Assembly (NCBI GenBank): GCA_049970015.1
Contig: JBMFNT010000005.1
Span: 3,358 to 18,484, forward strand
Direction: 5' to 3'
Length of the DNA stretch: 15,127 nucleotides
From: Candidatus Micrarchaeia archaeon
GTDB taxonomy: Archaea > Micrarchaeota > Micrarchaeia > CAILAH01
Part shown: positions 14,854 to 15,127 of the stretch, piece after piece
Layout: the number at the start of each line of letters is the position of its first letter
Position numbering within the stretch: the first letter of the stretch is position 1
Translations under genes and position numbers: made by a program
The notes under the pieces: model-generated
Told to the model about the DNA's origin: nothing
The model's database searches: none
Seen by the model: the letters and a program-made list of their open reading frames with translations, nothing else

Positions 14854-15127
14854 CCAATTTCATTACATGCTTGTCATACCTGTTTTACTGCTAGAATCCA
14901 AAACAAATTTGCATCCATTGCATGCTTCACCCAATTCCATTACATGCTTGTTACCTGTTACTGCTAAAATCCAAAACAAATGTTCATTCATTGCATCCAT
15001 TGCATGCTTCATCCAATTCCATTACATGCTTGTCATACCTGTTACTGCTAGAATCCAAAACAAATGTTCTTCATTGCATCCATTGCATGCTTCATCCAAT
15101 TCCATTACATGCTTGTCATACCTGTTA
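14854..15127. repeat. Tandem repeat array with units of 77, 82 and 83 bp plus a partial fourth unit; runs off the window end
   Basis: Units start at 14854, 14931, 15013 and 15096. Approximate consensus is CCAATTCCATTACATGCTTGTCATACCTGTTACTGCTAGAATCCAAAACAAATGTTC(A)TTCATTGCATCCATTGCATGCTTCAT. A degenerate copy lies at about 14783-14827. Confidence 0.95.

Noticed and set aside
14854..15127. CRISPR array
   Set aside because: Whole units are repeated with no unique spacers, and no cas genes are present in the window.
14843..15127. Stop-free + strand frame from ATG 14843 to the window end (MLSCQFHYMLVIPVLLLESK...)
   Set aside because: Each unit has only one + strand stop triplet, so an open frame is likely by chance. 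The units are read in shifting frames because of non-triplet indels, and there is no RBS.
14720..15127. Canonical archaeal replication origin (ORB elements)
   Set aside because: No ORB-like TCCA-N-TGGAAA core with a G-string was seen, and no orc1/cdc6 gene is in the window. A non-canonical origin is not excluded.

Overview
Archaeal chromosomal window with dense gene packing, GGTGA/GAGG-type ribosome-binding sites and AT-rich TATA-like promoters. A small-genome DPANN-like (Micrarchaeota-like) origin is inferred from gene content, not demonstrated. The left minus-strand block is ftsZ-secE(Sec61 gamma; missed by the ORF track)-spt5-rpl11-membrane-anchored PQQ/BamB-like beta-propeller protein-archaeal dUTPase (truncated at the window edge). 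Diverging from it across a 40-bp gap are ribose-1,5-bisphosphate isomerase and AMP phosphorylase of the AMP/nucleoside salvage pathway, with no RuBisCO in the window. Next come a two-domain T2SSF (PilC/TadBC-like) pilus platform gene and an 895-aa S-layer protein whose 5' leader looks strongly structured. Converging on these are ppsA and dph2. The least explained DNA is non-coding. It includes an exact 44-bp direct repeat upstream of the T2SSF gene and a 77/82/83-bp tandem repeat array upstream of ppsA that runs off the window end. The two repeats share an ordered core motif, TGCTTG..CATAC..CTGTT. No tRNA, rRNA, CRISPR array or transposase was seen.
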